NCBI GenBank assembly: GCA_008632985.1
Contig: QPGO01000029.1
Location: forward strand, 508,874-572,873
Origin: Psammoneis japonica
Lineage: Eukaryota
Direction: 5' to 3'
DNA: 64,000 nucleotides
Positions within the stretch are counted from its first letter, which is position 1; the number at the start of each line of letters is the position of its first letter. The notes below the pieces were generated by a model. The model did no database searches, was not told where the DNA came from, and saw only the letters and a program-made list of their open reading frames with translations. This document shows, one piece after another, positions 35,105 to 49,745 of the stretch. A program made the translations under genes and the position numbers.

Positions 35105-37759
35105 ATGCCTCCCAAGCAGCATGAGCCCCTGGCCAAAGGACAAAGGACTGTCGGTGCCTTTTTCAGTCCCCTTGCCAATGCCAATGCAGCAGCTGGCATC
35201 ACAAGAAAGTTCAGGACTGCCACCAGGACTCCTGCTGTTGCGCTCCCAGTGAAGCGAAAGGCGGCCGAGACACCCACGAGAGAGAAGTCCAAAGCTCCCA
35301 AATTGACCGAGCAAGCCACACTGCCTGTCACCAGTTTCTTCCAATCACCACCGCCTGCTGGAGCTGTTGACACCCCCTCTCCAATTTCGACTGATGCCCA
35401 CTCGTCCACTGCCAGCACTGCTTCCACCGACACCGACTCGTCTGCTGCCAGCACCGCAGCCACCGACACCAACTCGCCTGCCGGTGCTGCCAACGTTGCA
35501 GCCACGGATGCCGACTCGCCCACTGCTCACTCCTCAGCAACTGCCGACACCGACTTGATTGCCTCAACCAAGGATGACAACTGTGGTGGCAAACAGCCAT
35601 TTTACACCAAGGAAGAAAAGGAGCTTCTGGAACTGGAGAGGAAGAATCAGGGACAAGAGCCCTTTGCTGATGACATGTCCGATGGTCAGAAGGAGAAGTG
35701 CAATCAACATTTCGTGATGAAGATTGGTGGCGACCCAACGGCATGGAAGATTGCCAAGCCATTTGCTGAAAAGGCGTTCAAAATCTTGAAGGAATCCTTG
35801 GAATTTGAAGATCCAAATGGACGTTGCTCACAATTTCTTGCATCTACGAAAAATGTCACCACGCGGGGTGGGACTTGTGCTCGAATGGACCCAGAGCTTG
35901 AGCAAGTGCAAGGTGTGGGCGTGAGCACCAATTTTGTCAATCGCCGAAAGTGTCGGATTGAAAATGCAGGCATCATCCCGGAGCAGTTTCGGGTTCTAGC
36001 ATCCCTTGATTTGATTGACGTTGAGGTCAAGAAGGAGCTTGTTCGCAATGTTGTGGATCCATTCATCAAGGCCATGGCAACCAATGAACTGCTTCATCCA
36101 TTTCAACGATTGTTTCATCGGCAGATTTGTGATCGTGGTGGCGATGTCCTTGGTTTCAAGAGGCAGGCACTGTTCCAATTGGTGGAGACAGGTGTGCAGC
36201 AACACCATGGCTTGTCGAGCACTCAAGAGCTGGTGATGTTTGACCATCAAGTTGCAAACAACTGTTGCGAGACTGCCAGCTGCAGCTCGGAATGCATCTT
36301 TTCAGATTTACAACCGGTCGTGCGGTTTGCCAAATCCAACAATGCCAAGGTGTTTGTTCGTGCAATTGGTTCTTGGAAGCCTGGCCACAATGGCATGTCG
36401 AGCAAACGTGAGACAACCAATTGTGTTGTGGGACAAGAGCACGCACTCAGTGACATGCTTGGCTTTCCTGCATTTGAGAACGCAAAGGGTGCGGATCAAA
36501 TCTTTTCTGCCGCCTGTTCACCAGAACAGCGGGCAGGCGGGGACGTAGAAATGGATTCGGCCATTGACGAGGTCGAAAGCCACATTTGTGGTGTTGGCAT
36601 TGTTGACACGAACCACATCATTTGCGTCAAGGATGAGGTGTTGTTGGCGAAGTTTGTCAAACGTGGCCACAAGTTGGTGCGCCGGGAGGTTGACAATGAA
36701 ATGATGGTTCTGGTCCATCCATCCAGGCCCCATGCATTTTTGATCAACCGACCCTTGTGTTTTGCCAGTGGCAGTTGCAGCGAGATTCCCATGGCACACA
36801 GAGCTCGTCGTGCTCTCAGCGCTGCTGCGCTCACTAATGTTTTTCGACGCGTCCGAGATGAGGAACCGCTCTGCCCGACCGACGACCACATGAACCCCAT
36901 CAACACGATCCTTTCTTTCCAGACTGGACATCTGGGATGCCACCAGCACCCTTTCACCTGCAGTGCAGCCTTCCGCGACCTTGTTGCCACAGAAGAAGTC
37001 CATGCATTGAAGGACAACAATCTCCCCAAGATGGACCCCAATGGTGCGTTGACGTGTCGGTCTCGGTGCTGCAACAGGAGATTCCCACCAGAGCTTCTAG
37101 AGGGAAAGCGTGAGAATTGTTCATTGATCATGGCCAAGGCACGTTGTCTGACCAGTTTGGCAAAAGCTGGAGAGGAGCAACAAATGTGTTATGCCTTTGG
37201 GGAATTGCTTGAGAGCGGGGTTGGTGGAAACAATTCCAAAGCTTTGAGCTTGCGATTCAGAGACTTTCTTGGATGCCACATTCTCCCAGACTCAGAGCTT
37301 GGTTCTATTCTGCAAAAGCATTGGAGGGAAACGGCCGGCAATCGCGGCAACACAAGTGGCAGCGGGCAAACCAAAGATGAAAAGACAGACAGAGATTCAA
37401 AGTTGAAGGATCTCATGGAACGGTTTGCCCCAGGCGAGGACGGCAAGGCTGGAGAAATGTTTTGGACTCGAGAGGTTAGAGTGCCATTTCCACCTGCTCC
37501 CGCAGAAGGCGAGCCCAGTGATTTGCCGACAAGCAGCCCCAGCATCACATTTCCCGGTGACATTTTTGTTCATCACTGTCACACCAAGGATTCCATTTGT
37601 GGGCGTACGAAGAACGTAGTCTGACAAGGCAACACCAATCATGCAACGTCGGCTGATTACAACGATGTGTCTGTTGTTGCAGTGACGCATGCGGGGAAAT
37701 CAATTGGGACAAAGCCTGAAGAGGAAGGCTGGATCCTTTGTCAATTCATCAAGAAATAA
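35105..37759 (+). pseudogene. Unknown protein, repeat copy 2, premature stop at 37622-37624
   Basis: Colinear with copy 1. CGA in copy 1 is TGA here, and homology continues to the original stop near 37759. Confidence 0.75.
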
Positions 37760-39443
37760 TGGACTTCATGGGTGGAACAATGTAGGACAACATTCCTTTA
37801 GACTGAATTTTGGGCGGTTGTGATTTTTCAAAATGGGGCACATTCGCTCGTGATCACACGTTACGAAATCCAAGGGAAAGCAAGGGAATGAAAAACCAAG
37901 GGACGGAAGGTTGGCAGAATGCAGAAAAAACACCACAAGTGTCATTTTTTCATGCATCGCTTGCTGCGCTGTGGCCTTCTTCAGCCTTGCCTTGCAGTTG
38001 TCGACTGCCCGCCAAGAACATTGTTCATGTTGACTGCAATCTGTTGGAGCTGAAATGGCGTCATTGCTGTGGTCAAGAGAATTTCACATCACATGGCAGC
38101 TCTTCTTTGTGGTGTTCGTTTCTTTCTTTTGGGCTGCAGTCAAAAGGATGTGATCATGCGCAAAGTCTTGAATGCGTGAACAATTTGTTCACTCACTCAC
38201 GTGTGCTTGGCTTGTTTGAATGTTTGTTGTTGCTTCATTTGTTGCTTGTGCTCTTTGTTCTTTTTCGCTGATTGGAGTGGAGGGGAGACGTCTGTTGACT
38301 GACACGGTCAGTTTGATTCATTGCACAAGGCAAGAGACTTGCACAATTGTCTCCATTTGTGCACAAGATGCATGTGCTTCAGCTCTCTGTGTTGACAAAT
38401 GCTCTTGATCTGGCTCCACTCGTTTCTCTTGTTTGAATTTGGTTGCTGCCGGGCGGTCCATTCGAAGACACACCTCAAGACATGTGTTGCCTCAACATGC
38501 ACCTCAAGACACACAGCACCTCAAGATGCACAACCACACGGGCTTTTGTTCTTGTTTTTTGTTGCACTTGGATCTGCCTCAAGAAATGCAGCATCTCATT
38601 TCTTGCTCATTGATGATGACATGTTGGCACCGAAGCTTCAATTCTCTGTCTCTGTCCAAAGAGTGTTGGTTGCACCCATTTTGCAGTGCACTTCTCTGCT
38701 GTCTGGCCTTTTGTAAGAGCGCAGTGGGCACTGCACAGTGCCGCATCTTTCGGCCAATGTGGGACCTCATCTGGAGCTCTGGAGAGAGGCCCCGCTGTCA
38801 TGTTGTTGGATGGAGAGCAAAGATGGATGAAGCAAGACGCCGGTGCAGCACAATTGAGGTGCACGTGCCTGTCATCATCAGTCCCTGTGACCACAATTCA
38901 CACAAGACCCAGATCACATGGCTGTGTTCAGGATGGTTGTTGGCAATTGTGCAACTTTTTTCTGGCGTGTCATCTCCCCTCACTTCTTCGGCAAAACGCA
39001 ACGAGATGAGAGACCCATCATGGCACTTTTGGTCTTTGCCCCTGCTGTTGGTGAGGTTTGCCTTATGACCCATTTAGTGCATTTCCTCATTCTGCATTCT
39101 GACATTGATGTTGTGCTCACATTGACTGTTGTTGTTGTTGTTGTTGTTGTTGTTCGTTGTAGATTTGTGCCAATGTCTGATGAAGAGAACGAGACACTTT
39201 GCTCGACTCGCCATTGGTTGCACATCACAACCATTGGAAAAGGCAAGCTGCACTGTTGATCTAATTGCTCTGCAATGCTTTCTCATTGCATTTTTTCTCA
39301 TTCATCCATCGTCACAAATTTCTCACATTGTTTGCAATTTTTGTTGTTGTTGTTTGTTCAGCTGTCTCAAAAGTGATGGGAAACAAGGACTCGATGTACA
39401 AAGCTCTCAGCATTGACAGCACACCAATCACTGTCATTCAGCC

Positions 39444-40745
39444 ATGCCTCCAGCCGGTGAAAACAAGCCTCTGTCCAGGGGACAAAAGACCATTGGTGCA
39501 TTTTTTTGTTCAATGAGCAATCCAAGAATTGCCAGCAAGACCCCGGTGATGACAACAGCAAAACAAAAAGCTGCCGAATCACCTGTGGTCAGGAACTCCA
39601 AAGCCACAAAAAGGACTGAGCTGTCAACTCTGCCAATTGCCAGTTTCTTCCAGTCCTTGCCTTTGACTGGAGCAATTGACATCTCCTCTCCAGTTTCCAC
39701 TGATGACGACTCTCATCCACTGCCGGTGTTGCAGCCACTGATGCTGACTCGTCTGCCACCAGCATTGCAGCCACCGACAACTGCTCATCTGCTGCCGGCA
39801 TTGCAGCCTTGGACACCGACTCCTCTGCTGCCGGCATTGTTTGCTGCTGGTGTTGCAGCCTTTGACACTGACTCATCTGCCTTTTACACTGTCTCATCTG
39901 CTGCCAATGTTGCAGCCTTTTCTTCGAACACATTCAGTGAGCAAATGGCGAGGAAGATTGCAAAAAACCACGTGCTGAACAAGCATTTAAAATCCTGGAG
40001 GAGGCATTGGAGTTTGAAGATCCAAATGGACATCACTCTCAATTTCTTGCATCTGCAAAAAATGTCACCACATGGGGTGGGACTCATGCTTGAATGGACA
40101 CAGAGCTTGAGCCGCAAGCACAAGGTGTGGGCATGAGTGCCAATTTTGTCAATCGCCGAAAGCATCCTCAGATTGAAAATGCAGGCATTGCCCCAGAGCA
40201 GTTTTGGGCTCTGGCGTCCCTTGATTTGATTGACATTGAGGTCAAGAAGGAGCTTGTTTGCAATGTTGTAGATCCAATCATCAAGGCCATGGCAACCAAT
40301 GAACTGCTTCATCCATTTCAACGATTGTTTCTTGTGATTGTGGTTGCAACGTCCTTGGTTTCAAGAGGCAGGCACTGTTCCAATTGGTGGAGACAGGTGC
40401 ACAACAGCAACACTGTGGCTTGTCAAGCACTCAAGAACTGGCAATGTTTGATGATCAAGTCGCAAACAACTGCTGGCAGGACCACCAGCTGCAGCTCCAA
40501 ATGCACCTTTTCAGATTTGCAACCCGTCGTGCGGTTTGCCAAATCCAACAATGCCAAGGTGTTTGTTTGTGCAATTGGTTCTTGGAAGCCTGACCACAGC
40601 GGCATGTCAAGCAACTGTGAGACAACAAATTGTGTCATGGGACAAGAGCACGTGTTCAGTGACACACTTGGCTTTCCTGCATTTGGCGAATGCAAAGGGT
40701 GCAGATCAAATCTTTTGCACTGCCTGTTCACCAGAGCAGCAGGTG
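39444..40745 (+). pseudogene. Unknown protein, repeat copy 3, truncated and frameshifted
   Basis: Fragments MPPAGENKPLSRGQKTIGAFF, DLIDIEVKKELV...KAMATNELLHPFQRLF and NNAKVFVCAIGSWKP match copies 1 and 2. Confidence 0.8.
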
Positions 40746-41207
40746 CCTGGTGTTTTCTTTTCAGTTTCATTGCATCAGCCTGGCGGCGAAGAATGATGTT
40801 AACTCCGTTTCTGGTTTTGCGGTGTTGCTTGGTGTCGGCCGGAGTTTGGCGGCTGCTGTCTGGACTGTCGGAGATACAGTGTTGACTCATCTTTCGACAC
40901 ATTCAAAGCGCGCGACTGCTGCGTCAACCGTCCAAGAATGCGCAAGGCTTGAATCTCCTCAAATTTCGCTTGTCGCTACTCTCTGCTTCAGCTGCCTCTC
41001 TAATAGCGGCGTCGCGGCAGCGCTAAGCTATGGGCATTATAGCTCTTGTGAGGCTAAAGAAGTGCGTTGCTACTCTAGCTAGCTTATACTTCTGTACGTA
41101 TCTTCGAGCTGAAAGACGCCATGCAGTACAAGCATTGTAAAAGTCTATTCATCGTTCATGTCTAGAGAAGTACTAGTCCAATCAACCCCCATCAAGTTCA
41201 TGCCCTT

Positions 41208-43423
<2,216 letters not shown>

Positions 43424-44155
43424 TCTGCAATGATATAAATGACAGGTCAAGTACCTTTGCAGTTGTTTGAGCCTGAGTTCAGTGTGGTTTGTGCCTGCTT
43501 CTTGTGCCGTCTTTGTGAAAGCGTTGTTTTCTCGCGTTGCCGGCTTTGGCGAGCCGACTTGCTCGAGTACATTGCTCGCGTGATTCAAGTTCCAGTACAA
43601 GATCCAGTTAAAATGTACATACGTAGTATGGCAGTAGTGATTTCACGAAGAGTTGCCATGAGTATCATATTTTGTGTACAGAATGAAATTTCATTTTTCT
43701 GGTAATTTTTTGGAAGAAACAGAAAACGCAATGGCGGGTGGGTCCACGAAAGGCAAGCACACTGCTACAGTAGAGAGAGCACATACTTTAAGAGTGGCAA
43801 AACCGCGATCGAAGGTGGTTACTATGAGGCCTGTAGCGTCTTTAGTAATGATTCGTAAACATCAAAGAGTTTTTCGTGTCTCCATCATCGACAATGATGC
43901 TTAATGCCCATGATGTAACACTTTGGGCCCACGCTTATCTTTGAAGCCTTTGTTGATATGGTGTCGTCCCCTTTGATAAAAAAGAGAGATCGATTACACT
44001 AGTCGCTGTGTTATTTCGAGCTTTTCGTCGAATAAATAGATGTTCGGCTATGAGCTGCGAACACATGTTGTGAGGATGGGTGTATGCGAACTCCACCTGA
44101 TGTGTCGACTCGCGGTCGCACCACCAACAGAAAAAATTTACAAGAGAACTTGATC

Positions 44156-45649
44156 ATGGTACTCGACCTTTCATTTTTGCAGTTGATAGTGTTCACGAGC
44201 CTTAACGCAGCGCTATGGAAGTTGCATGGCGACGCCATCCCAACTCGAGATGTCGCCTTTGGTGTGATTGTGGCATTCGTGGTCGTTATGGTTCGCATCC
44301 TCTGGCCTCCTTCTTCTGAAAAGGTGGCCCTGACAAAATCGAAGCTATTCAAAGCTCTGTTTCCTCTTTTGTCGATAGCAGAGTTTGTGGTATTTCTCAT
44401 TGCACCATGGGTGCTTCTAAGTAACGCGGCACGTGAGGATTTCGCCTTTGATGCAGCATACATTCTCGCTTCTCATCTCTTCATCATCCAGACTCAAATT
44501 GCTCTGGAGCCTATCTTGGCATTAGATGATCGACGAAGAGCATCATTTCGTTACATTGTTGGGACCAATATGTATCGCGGTCTTGGCCTTGCAACTCTCA
44601 TCAAGCGCTTTATAGAAATCCGTCCGGCCTTGTCAACCGAGTCCATGGCCATGACGCGTTTTCTCGACGGCTATGTTGTAGTCGCGCTTTTCGTTTGGCT
44701 GGCTTCAAATGCCATTATCGCGTTTGTTTGGCGCCCTTGTCTACGAAAAAGCAATGTTGGATTAAAAGGCGGACTGCGAACGTTCAAAGATGCCGTTGTC
44801 ATCATCACCGGTGCCGCATCGGGGATTGGACGAGCTCTTGCAGAAGATCTTGCTGACCGAGGAGCAAAGGTTGTCGTTCTGGTTGATCGACAAATAGAAC
44901 TAGCAGAACAAGTTGCTGCCAATGTCATTGAGAAAGGCGCCGACGCTGCAGCATACGAAGTCGACGTGCGCGACTACAATGAAGTAAAGAGAGTTGTAAA
45001 CGAGACCAAGGAAGTGTTTGGTCGCATTGACTACGTGTTTAACAACGCTGGCATTCTCATTATTGGCCCGATTGAACAAATTGGTGTCTCCAACTTTGAC
45101 TACATATTCGATGTCAATGTAAAGGGAATTCATCATGGAATTCAGGCAGCTTATCCAATTATGAAGGAACAAGGCTTTGGTCATATTGTAAACAGCAGCT
45201 CTCTACTAGGTCTCATTCCGGGTGGACAGTGGGCTGTAGCATACTCGGCTTCCAAACATGCACTCGTCGGTTTGACGACCAACTTACGCATTGAGGCTGC
45301 AAAGTATGGGATCCGTGTATCCCTCTTTTGTCCTGGTACAATAGATACACCGATTCACACGGGTGGTGAATATGGTAAGAATCTCACTGGCATTCCCAAG
45401 GATGTCTGGAACAAGCAGGTTGCTACAATGAAGGCTATGGACCCAAAGAAGTGTGCGTCAGAGACTCTTGATGCTGTTGCAGAGAACAAGGCCATCATCA
45501 TCGTTCCTGAACGACCATTCATGTGGTCTCGTCTGCTCTATCGCCTGTCGCCTTCGCTTTGGCTTGACCGGGCTGTTGCCAAAGTCGACTGGAGGAGGAG
45601 CCTTCAAAACCAGATGGCCAACGCGGATGAAAAAGGAAAGGAGTCATAA
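44156..45649 (+). CDS. Short-chain dehydrogenase/reductase with an N-terminal multi-pass membrane region
   Basis: TGAASGIG, NNAG and catalytic YSASK. The first ~200 aa contain several hydrophobic segments. Start codon uncertain (44084 or 44156). Confidence 0.88.
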   Translation: MVLDLSFLQLIVFTSLNAALWKLHGDAIPTRDVAFGVIVAFVVVMVRILWPPSSEKVALTKSKLFKALFPLLSIAEFVVFLIAPWVLLSNAAREDFAFDAAYILASHLFIIQTQIALEPILALDDRRRASFRYIVGTNMYRGLGLATLIKRFIEIRPALSTESMAMTRFLDGYVVVALFVWLASNAIIAFVWRPCLRKSNVGLKGGLRTFKDAVVIITGAASGIGRALAEDLADRGAKVVVLVDRQIELAEQVAANVIEKGADAAAYEVDVRDYNEVKRVVNETKEVFGRIDYVFNNAGILIIGPIEQIGVSNFDYIFDVNVKGIHHGIQAAYPIMKEQGFGHIVNSSSLLGLIPGGQWAVAYSASKHALVGLTTNLRIEAAKYGIRVSLFCPGTIDTPIHTGGEYGKNLTGIPKDVWNKQVATMKAMDPKKCASETLDAVAENKAIIIVPERPFMWSRLLYRLSPSLWLDRAVAKVDWRRSLQNQMANADEKGKES

Positions 45650-46019
45650 CATTGGGACGACTCGTCTATTATCTATCTTCGCAGTCTAGCATCCGTGTGT
45701 CAAGAAGAGTTGTACGCAAGTTTCTTACGAGACCGGTGACACGAATGCAGTTCATGTTTATATATTACAGTACTTTTAAACTATGGATGATTGCATGAAA
45801 CGACTTGCTGCCATCTTTGTGACCTCAGCACTCGACGGATTGATCTTTCCTTGTACCAAGTAGTGTACCACCCGCTAGAGAATGATATCGTCGAGAGCAC
45901 CAAAACTCAGAGAGTCCATGCCTCTCTAGTAGAAGAGACCGTCAGCTCAATGGGCCATTGCATTGACTGTTATGGTCAATCAATGTCTACAATTCGGACG
46001 TCGAGTCACGATAAAAGGA

Positions 46020-47543
46020 TCAAGTCGAAGAAGTTGGAGAGACTTCGGGAGCTGATGTCTCAGTGTCGGGGGCAAATGCTTCGGCATCGGGAGATGATGT
46101 CTCAATCGATGATTCGACATGTGCATCCGTATCATTGCTGGTGTTGTCTGCCAAATGGTCAGAGTGTGTCGGCTCGGATGATTCCACAACGTTCCTGTCG
46201 GTCTCGCTGCCGGGGTTACCTTCCAAACCATTTTCAGGGAATGATGTCTCAGCTTCGGAAGGTGAAGTCTCAAAGGATGCCTCGACATCTGTGTCAGCCT
46301 CGGAGGTCCCTCCAAGAACGCTGGTTTTGCAGAGTGGGCAACACCCTTGCCGTTCTGTGAGCCACGGCAAAATGCAATCAGGATGAAACCCGTGACCACA
46401 TCTCGGCAACAAACATAATCGCTCCCCGTCCTCAAAGTCGTCAATGCAAATGGAACATGTTGTACAAGAAGCGGACAGACGATAGCCTCCTTCGGTATTT
46501 TCCAAATTATCTTCCTGGGAAGTAGGTAGGTCCGTTACCTCTTGCGGTGGTTGGGCTTCATTCGACTCCGGCGCTTCTTCAGAGACGCTTTCTGAATCGT
46601 CAGTTTCTGGCGAGCGGTATTCAATCACGGGCAACGCAAGAAACTGCTCTTTCGTTAGTCGATCCGAGACAGGATTCTCGGCATTTGCTGACCCCGCCGC
46701 ACCTCCAGCAAACCAATAGCGCATGGGGCTTACATATTGCAGCCCAGTTATTCGTCCTTCTTCATTTCGACGCAGCAATATGCGACCTCCTCCGCCCCAC
46801 CACAAGTAAATCGCCCTCATGCACGGAGCAACAATGAGTAGCGCAAACAAGACAAATCTCAGCCAATAGAACATATTTTCGCCTCTGGAAGAACCCCTCC
46901 CAGATTGATTCGACGAACCGTACGGATACCCAGTCGGTTTTTGCTCAGGCTCAGGAGGGAGTTTCTCAAGGAGAATTGGCATATCCCACCCAGTGCTGTT
47001 GGCGCCAAGAAAGTATGGGCTCTTCTGGGTGCGACTGGCATGGTCAGCGATCTGCTCACGAACGGTGTCACCAGTGCCCGTGCCAACGAAAAGCAACGAG
47101 AGTCGATTCAGATCCCAAAGCACCTCTTCGGGAGAAGCCGCCGACATCACCAGTATTGACTGACGATTGTCGGGGTCGTTATTGTACACAATAACGTATC
47201 GCACGGTCGAGTTCTTCTGCAGTTTGGCGGCGTTTCGAGCCTTTCGCTCAAAGGAACACTCACCGCGACTAACAAACAGTGCAACCTCATATTCTGGGAG
47301 GCTGGCTTGGGAATTCAGCAACTCCAGATCAGGTTCTTGACATAAGTAGGGGTCACTTTCACTAGGTGGCAGCATCAAATTAGCGTAATTCGTCAACCCT
47401 GGTCTCATTGGAGCACCAAAGTTCGCAGCACGGGCCTTGTGAGCCTTCGGAGATGGGTTCAATACCGTCATCGCAGCACGTGCTGACACCACGGGAACCC
47501 CATATCCCAAACATACCAGCGACAAAACGATCCGAAGAAACAT
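46020..47543 (-). CDS. PA-domain, transmembrane, RING-H2 E3 ubiquitin ligase (RNF13/RMR-like)
   Basis: Signal peptide, PA motif (VSRGECSFERKARNA...VIVYNN), TM helix, RING-H2 CSICIDDF...LLPRCGHGFHPDCILPWL...CPLCK. Confidence 0.9.
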   Translation of the reverse strand: MFLRIVLSLVCLGYGVPVVSARAAMTVLNPSPKAHKARAANFGAPMRPGLTNYANLMLPPSESDPYLCQEPDLELLNSQASLPEYEVALFVSRGECSFERKARNAAKLQKNSTVRYVIVYNNDPDNRQSILVMSAASPEEVLWDLNRLSLLFVGTGTGDTVREQIADHASRTQKSPYFLGANSTGWDMPILLEKLPPEPEQKPTGYPYGSSNQSGRGSSRGENMFYWLRFVLFALLIVAPCMRAIYLWWGGGGRILLRRNEEGRITGLQYVSPMRYWFAGGAAGSANAENPVSDRLTKEQFLALPVIEYRSPETDDSESVSEEAPESNEAQPPQEVTDLPTSQEDNLENTEGGYRLSASCTTCSICIDDFEDGERLCLLPRCGHGFHPDCILPWLTERQGCCPLCKTSVLGGTSEADTDVEASFETSPSEAETSFPENGLEGNPGSETDRNVVESSEPTHSDHLADNTSNDTDAHVESSIETSSPDAEAFAPDTETSAPEVSPTSST

Positions 47544-48241
47544 ACTCGTACTTCTTAAAAGATAAGTGGACGGTAACAAGATCCAACACCTGTTTTTGTT
47601 TGCAGGCCCTGAAGTTTTCTGCTGTGATTGGAGTAAAGAGATGACTCACTATGAACGCGCACCTTCGGGAAGCACTTCCCCTTCACAAACTCCAAAACGC
47701 AAGCGAAGCACGGCAAAATTACGAGCTGTTGCTCAACTGCCGCGCACCGTGCACCTGTGAAATTTTCGTACGATCAACCGTGACCAACATTATAATATTT
47801 TATTCAAAAACGCATTTCTATAAAAACACTTATACGGTCATAAGTACATTTAAGTAAATTTTGGCGGGAAAATTCTCCGTTGAATATACGTATTAGGTCT
47901 TTAATATTTTTTTTACTTTTACTATTAGTCAAAGTATCGAGACATTGTACGGAAGCTCTGGTATTCCACATGCGTAGAAATTTTCAAATTGTGTCGGGCG
48001 GGGAGGAGACTGTAGGTACTACCGTAGAGAGGTGAAAATTCTAGGTTTATGACGCGATTGCATTCAAATCTCCAAAAGAAAAGGTACGAGAGATCAATAC
48101 GTTATATCCCCTCTTTAGGTCTATACCTACGTACCCACAGCAGATAAATATCAAATAGAGTAAGCAATTGAACGCATCACGCCAACGAATGGTCGCCACG
48201 GAGTTCCGAACAACCAAGCATCCATAGCGAAACCCAAATTT

Positions 48242-49745
48242 TCACGCTGACGATGATATTGACGGTGGCTTTGGTTCTTTTGACGAAGAATCTCCCTCAG
48301 TCTTATCCGCCGGCTTTGATTCAGCCTTGACAGGTCTAGCAGGCGAAGCCGACTTTGGAGTTTTCGGTTCCGTTGCGTCAACAGGTGGGTGCACAAGAAT
48401 TCCACCCGCTAACGGAAGAATGCCAACAGGAGGGGGTGTAACGTGCGGCTCTCCCACCACCATGTCTTCCGACATATGAGGATCCGTAGCATAAGATTCA
48501 GGGAAACCCTGAATTTCAATATTGAGTCGTCGAAGAGTCATAAACTAAGATTGGAAATGATCGCAAGCAAAAGAATACAGTAAGAAGACTGTAAATAGAC
48601 TACCCGCAAACAAAAACAGACTAGTGGCGACAATCTTCCGCTGTGATAATCTTACCTCATCCATCTCCACTTGTACTGACGCATTTCGCAGTTCTGGAGG
48701 AGGTTCGTCCGGTCGCCGCTTCAACTTTGGCTGGTACGGACAGATATGCCCCTTCTTCGGAACTCCGCACTGAATTGTAGGAACAAAAGAGTAAAATAAG
48801 TTAGAATAGCCAAATCAACATGATAGAAGAATAGAGTCCGGAGTCTTTACTTACCCTGCCACATCGATAGCTTCCTCTTCCCTTGTCGTCTTTTGAGTGG
48901 CTCTTGGAGTCGCTCCTCATCGTGTGTGACTTTCCCTCGTCGTCATGACGAGATTCAACAAAGGAACCCATATCTCCTCCAGCACTTCGATCCATTCCCA
49001 CTGGCTTGCACAAGATATCGGCAGCTCCCATCGCGTTGGAAACGCCAGGAAACGGGCTGTCGGCCGTGGACGCTCTCAGTCGGCTTGCCGGTCTCACTGG
49101 CGACGTGAGGTTGCTACCGGCTCCACCCGGCCAGGCATTCCCACCTTGCGGTCCATTGGGAAACATGTGCTGCGCAATGGCCGGCCCATTCGGAGGAGGC
49201 GCGGTTTGCTGGGGTGGCATTTGTGGAGCACCACCCTGCCATACTTGCGGAGGAGCACCACTCCACTGTTGCCCACCCCACGGCTGCTGCTGTCCCCATT
49301 GACCGAACTGTTGCGATCCTTGACCACCCATAGGAGGCGCCACGCCACCCTTTTGCCCCTGAGGATTGTTTGGCGCAATGTTTGGACGTCGACCCTGCGA
49401 TTGCTGCGGAGGGCCGCCTCTAAAATTGTTCCAGTCGTTTCGGTCCGGTGTCATGGGCCCGTTCTGTGGCATGCCGCCGCCGGCCGGTGCTTGTCGAAAC
49501 ATGTTTGCCTGTTGTCCAAACGGATGCGGAGGCTGGTTTCCATAGGGGGGAGGCGGTTGCTGCTGACCATGTTGCCACATACCGAAGCCTGGTTGTGGCG
49601 GAGGTTGCATGGGACCAGGAAACTGCTGTTGCCCAAACGGTGGCTGCTGAAAAGGACCAGAGAATTGTGGAGGTTGATTAAAGTTTGCACCAGATGGACC
49701 GTTTCCGTCTCCTCCTTTGGCTCTCTTGTTCCCTCCCTGAGGCAT
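48242..49745 (-). CDS. Gln/Pro/Gly-rich protein with a CxxC-H-C zinc-knuckle-like motif (three exons)
   Basis: Low-complexity N-terminal exon. Spliced motif YRCGR|CGVPKKGHICPYQPK, then last exon MTLRRLNIEIQGFPESY. Confidence 0.75.

Noticed and set aside
1..40970. Classical fungal RIP
   Set aside because: RIP enriches TpA and creates stop codons. Here TpA is depleted in repeats and conserved Tyr codons have become Cys/His.
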